From an uncultured Candidatus Rokubacteria bacterium (GTDB taxonomy: Bacteria > Methylomirabilota > Methylomirabilia > Rokubacteriales > DASRDR01): DNA of 64,000 nt. Of this stretch, positions 61,872-64,000 are shown in pieces (within the stretch, counting starts at the first letter, position 1; each line of letters opens with the position of its first letter). Both the position numbers and the translations under genes were made by a program. The stretch covers positions 256,001-320,000 of the forward strand of contig CAVPSB010000031.1 in assembly GCA_963708025.1 (NCBI GenBank), read 5' to 3'. The notes below the pieces were generated by a model. It was not told the origin of the DNA. It searched no databases and saw only the letters and a program-made list of their open reading frames with translations.

Positions 61872-62099
61872 CATCCCGGCCGGGCCGCGGACGTCCCGGC
61901 CTCCGGGGTCGTCGGCAGGCCTCCCAGAAGGGAGCGACGTCCCGAGGGCCGCAGGCCCGAGGCGTCGCGACCAGATGGACGTATGCGGCATGCGTCTCGG
62001 CCCACCTCACCGTCCATCCCGGCCGGGCCGCGCTCGGCCTCCGGCCTTGCGGCCGTCCCGGCCTCGGGGCGTCCTACCGGGGCTCGGGCCGCGGCCCGG
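61872..62099. repeat. Composite palindromic intergenic element
   Basis: CCGGGCCGCGG/CCGCGGCCCGG inverted ends (61880, 62089); CATCCCGGCCGGGCCGCG repeated at 61872 and 62015; GGGCC-GCA-GGCCC hairpin. Confidence 0.55.
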
Positions 62100-62143
62100 T
62101 ACACTTCCATGCAGGTTGCCATGTCTGACCCGAGGATAGACCC

Positions 62144-63505
62144 GTGAGCGGCGCCGTCGCCGATCTCCGGGCCTCGGCCTCCAGCCCGGCGCTGCGGACC
62201 GGGGCGGCGATCGTCGGCTCCCGCTCGCGGCGGGCGGCGTGGCTGCTCGTCCTGGCCAGCCTGGTCGTCTACAACGCGAACCTGCGCGAGGTCAGCTCGG
62301 CCGACACGATCGCCACCCGCCTGGTGCCGGTCGCGCTCATCCAGGAGCAGCGGCTGACCCTGGACCGCTACTTCCGCGACGACCCGGCCGTGCCGTACTG
62401 GGTGCAGCGGGTGGGCGATCACTACGTCTCGTCGTACCCGATCGTGCCCGGCGTCCTGGCGGTTCCGGTCTATCTCCTGCCCATTCTGGTGCTGGGCGAC
62501 GGCTCGTGGGCGCTCATCAACGGGCTGGCGAAGCTGAGCGCGTCGCTGATGGCCGCGCTCTCGGTGCTGTTCGTCTACCTGGCGGCGCGCCGGCTCGCCC
62601 TGGAGTCGGTGGCCGTCCCGATCGCCCTCGTCTACGCCTTCGGGACCGCGACGTGGTCGGTCTCCAGCCAGGGGCTCTGGGGCCACGCCCCCGCCCAGCT
62701 CTTCATGGCCGTGGCCATCTATTGCCTCCTGCGGGGCGCCGACGACCGGCGTCACCTCCTCTACGGCGGGCTGGCCACCGGCGTGATGGTGGCGAGCCGG
62801 CCGACCACCGCCGTCGTGGCGGCCGCGCTCCTCGCGTGCGGGCTCGCCCGTGACGGCGGCCCGGGCATCCGGATCGTCGTGGGCGTCCTGGCCATCACGG
62901 CGCCGGTCGCGCTCCACAATCTCTGGCAGTTCGGCTCGCTCCAGGGGGGCTACGCGAAGCTCCACGCCACCCACGCCACCTACCACGGCGTGGCCGACGC
63001 GTGGACAGGCTCGGTCGCCCAGGGGCTGGCCGGACTCCTGGTGAGCCCGAGCCGCGGGCTCCTCGTCTACTCCCCCGTCCTCCTCTTCGCTCTGGGAGGC
63101 GCCGTCCTGGCCTTCGGGGACCGCCGGCGGCCGCTGCTTCGCTGGCTCGCGGGGGCGGCCGCCGCCACCGTGCTGATGCTGGGCGGCTTCTCGGTCTGGT
63201 GGGGCGGCCATTCATTCGGGCCGCGGCTGCTCGCCGACGTGCTCCCCCTCCTGGCCCTGCTCCTGGTTCCGGTCTGGCCCCGGCTGCAGGGGGCACGATC
63301 CCTGCGGGCCGCCTTCGTCGTCCTGCTGGCGCTGTCGGTCGCCGTCCAGGTCGTCGGCGCCTTCTACCATCCATCGTCACGGTCGCTCGACTGGAACACG
63401 AGCCCGCGCGACGTGGACGAGGCGCACGACCGGCTGTGGGACTGGACGGACCCGCAGATCCTGCGGCTCCTGCGGAACGGACCGCACGCTCCGGGGTTCG
63501 AATGA
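62144..63505 (+). CDS. Polytopic membrane protein, GT-C-like
   Basis: SSADT first loop, SQGLW.H, SP.RGLL.YSP, WWGG.SFGPRLL. Confidence 0.78.
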   Translation: MSGAVADLRASASSPALRTGAAIVGSRSRRAAWLLVLASLVVYNANLREVSSADTIATRLVPVALIQEQRLTLDRYFRDDPAVPYWVQRVGDHYVSSYPIVPGVLAVPVYLLPILVLGDGSWALINGLAKLSASLMAALSVLFVYLAARRLALESVAVPIALVYAFGTATWSVSSQGLWGHAPAQLFMAVAIYCLLRGADDRRHLLYGGLATGVMVASRPTTAVVAAALLACGLARDGGPGIRIVVGVLAITAPVALHNLWQFGSLQGGYAKLHATHATYHGVADAWTGSVAQGLAGLLVSPSRGLLVYSPVLLFALGGAVLAFGDRRRPLLRWLAGAAAATVLMLGGFSVWWGGHSFGPRLLADVLPLLALLLVPVWPRLQGARSLRAAFVVLLALSVAVQVVGAFYHPSSRSLDWNTSPRDVDEAHDRLWDWTDPQILRLLRNGPHAPGFE

Positions 63506-63686
63506 CGTCCGGCGCCCCGCCCCGTCGCCCCGGAGGGCGCCGCCGCGGCCTCGATTTGCGGCCGGCTCCGTACGCCTCCTTTGCTAGAATGCTCGCCGGG
63601 GCGCCCAACCCCAGGCGGGACGCGGGGCCGGGCGGGCCGGGACCGGGGCTCGCCGGTGGGCTCCGAGGCGTCCGCCGAGGACCGGG

Positions 63687-63986
63687 ATGAGACAGCTGAT
63701 CGAGGCCGTCGCGCTCGAAGGCCAGAGCGTCCGCGTGACCGCGCGCGACCCGCTGCCCGTGGATCTCCGCGCGCTTGCCGTGGCGGCGGCCATCCGCGTC
63801 CTCGAGCGGTATCCCGCCCTCGACGGCCTCACGCTGACCGTGGGGAATCAGGAGATCACCCTCTCCCGCCAGGACGTCGATCGCCTGCTCGGCCCTGACG
63901 GATTCGCGCGGCTGAAGGACCGGGAGGCCGCCCGGGAGCTCCTCGAGCGTGCTATTCGCGACTTCACCCGGGACGGAACGGCGTGA
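63687..63986 (+). CDS. Hypothetical protein
   Basis: 99-aa ORF with host-like codon usage; TGcTAGAAT extended -10 at 63582-63590. Confidence 0.65.
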   Translation: MRQLIEAVALEGQSVRVTARDPLPVDLRALAVAAAIRVLERYPALDGLTLTVGNQEITLSRQDVDRLLGPDGFARLKDREAARELLERAIRDFTRDGTA

Positions 63987-64000
63987 CGGTCGACAATCCC

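Noticed and set aside
62098-62112. Sigma54 promoter before 62144
   Set aside because: GG-to-GC spacing is 11, not 10

Overview
High-GC bacterial chromosome segment. Gene content and repeat style suggest Candidatus Rokubacteria/Methylomirabilota or a similar lineage (inference only). The backbone is housekeeping: carB-pyrF-pyrE, a NitT/TauT ABC transporter, yicC-gmk-rpoZ-coaBC-udg-priA, def-fmt-rsmB-rpe, ffh-rpsP-rimM-trmD-rplS-rnhB, yraN-comM, slt, dnaK-dnaJ-hspR-dksA-lon, mazG and a macrodomain gene. Two accessory regions stand out. (1) Between priA and def lies an unannotated decaying integron (about 11.56-17.80 kb). It has a frameshifted intI 3' remnant co-oriented with the array, a putative attI, five cassettes delimited by attC sites and a sixth remnant. 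The first attC is split at a CA core by an IS110/IS1111-type element whose ~525-nt 3' non-coding region carries short segments matching both its own ends and the attC target. These suggest a bridge/seek RNA with two target loops and one donor loop. (2) A type IV pilus locus (pilBTCSR) has two near-identical atypical pilins followed by about 14 kb of GT2, GT-C-like, methyltransferase and spermidine-synthase-like genes. Sigma-54 motifs precede yraN-comM, the pil operon and pilA. Also seen: a 71/72-bp tandem array, dispersed REP-like elements, probable CTG starts, degenerate PriA, DnaJ and Rpe motifs, gene-fragment scars and several single-base frameshifts that may be sequencing errors.
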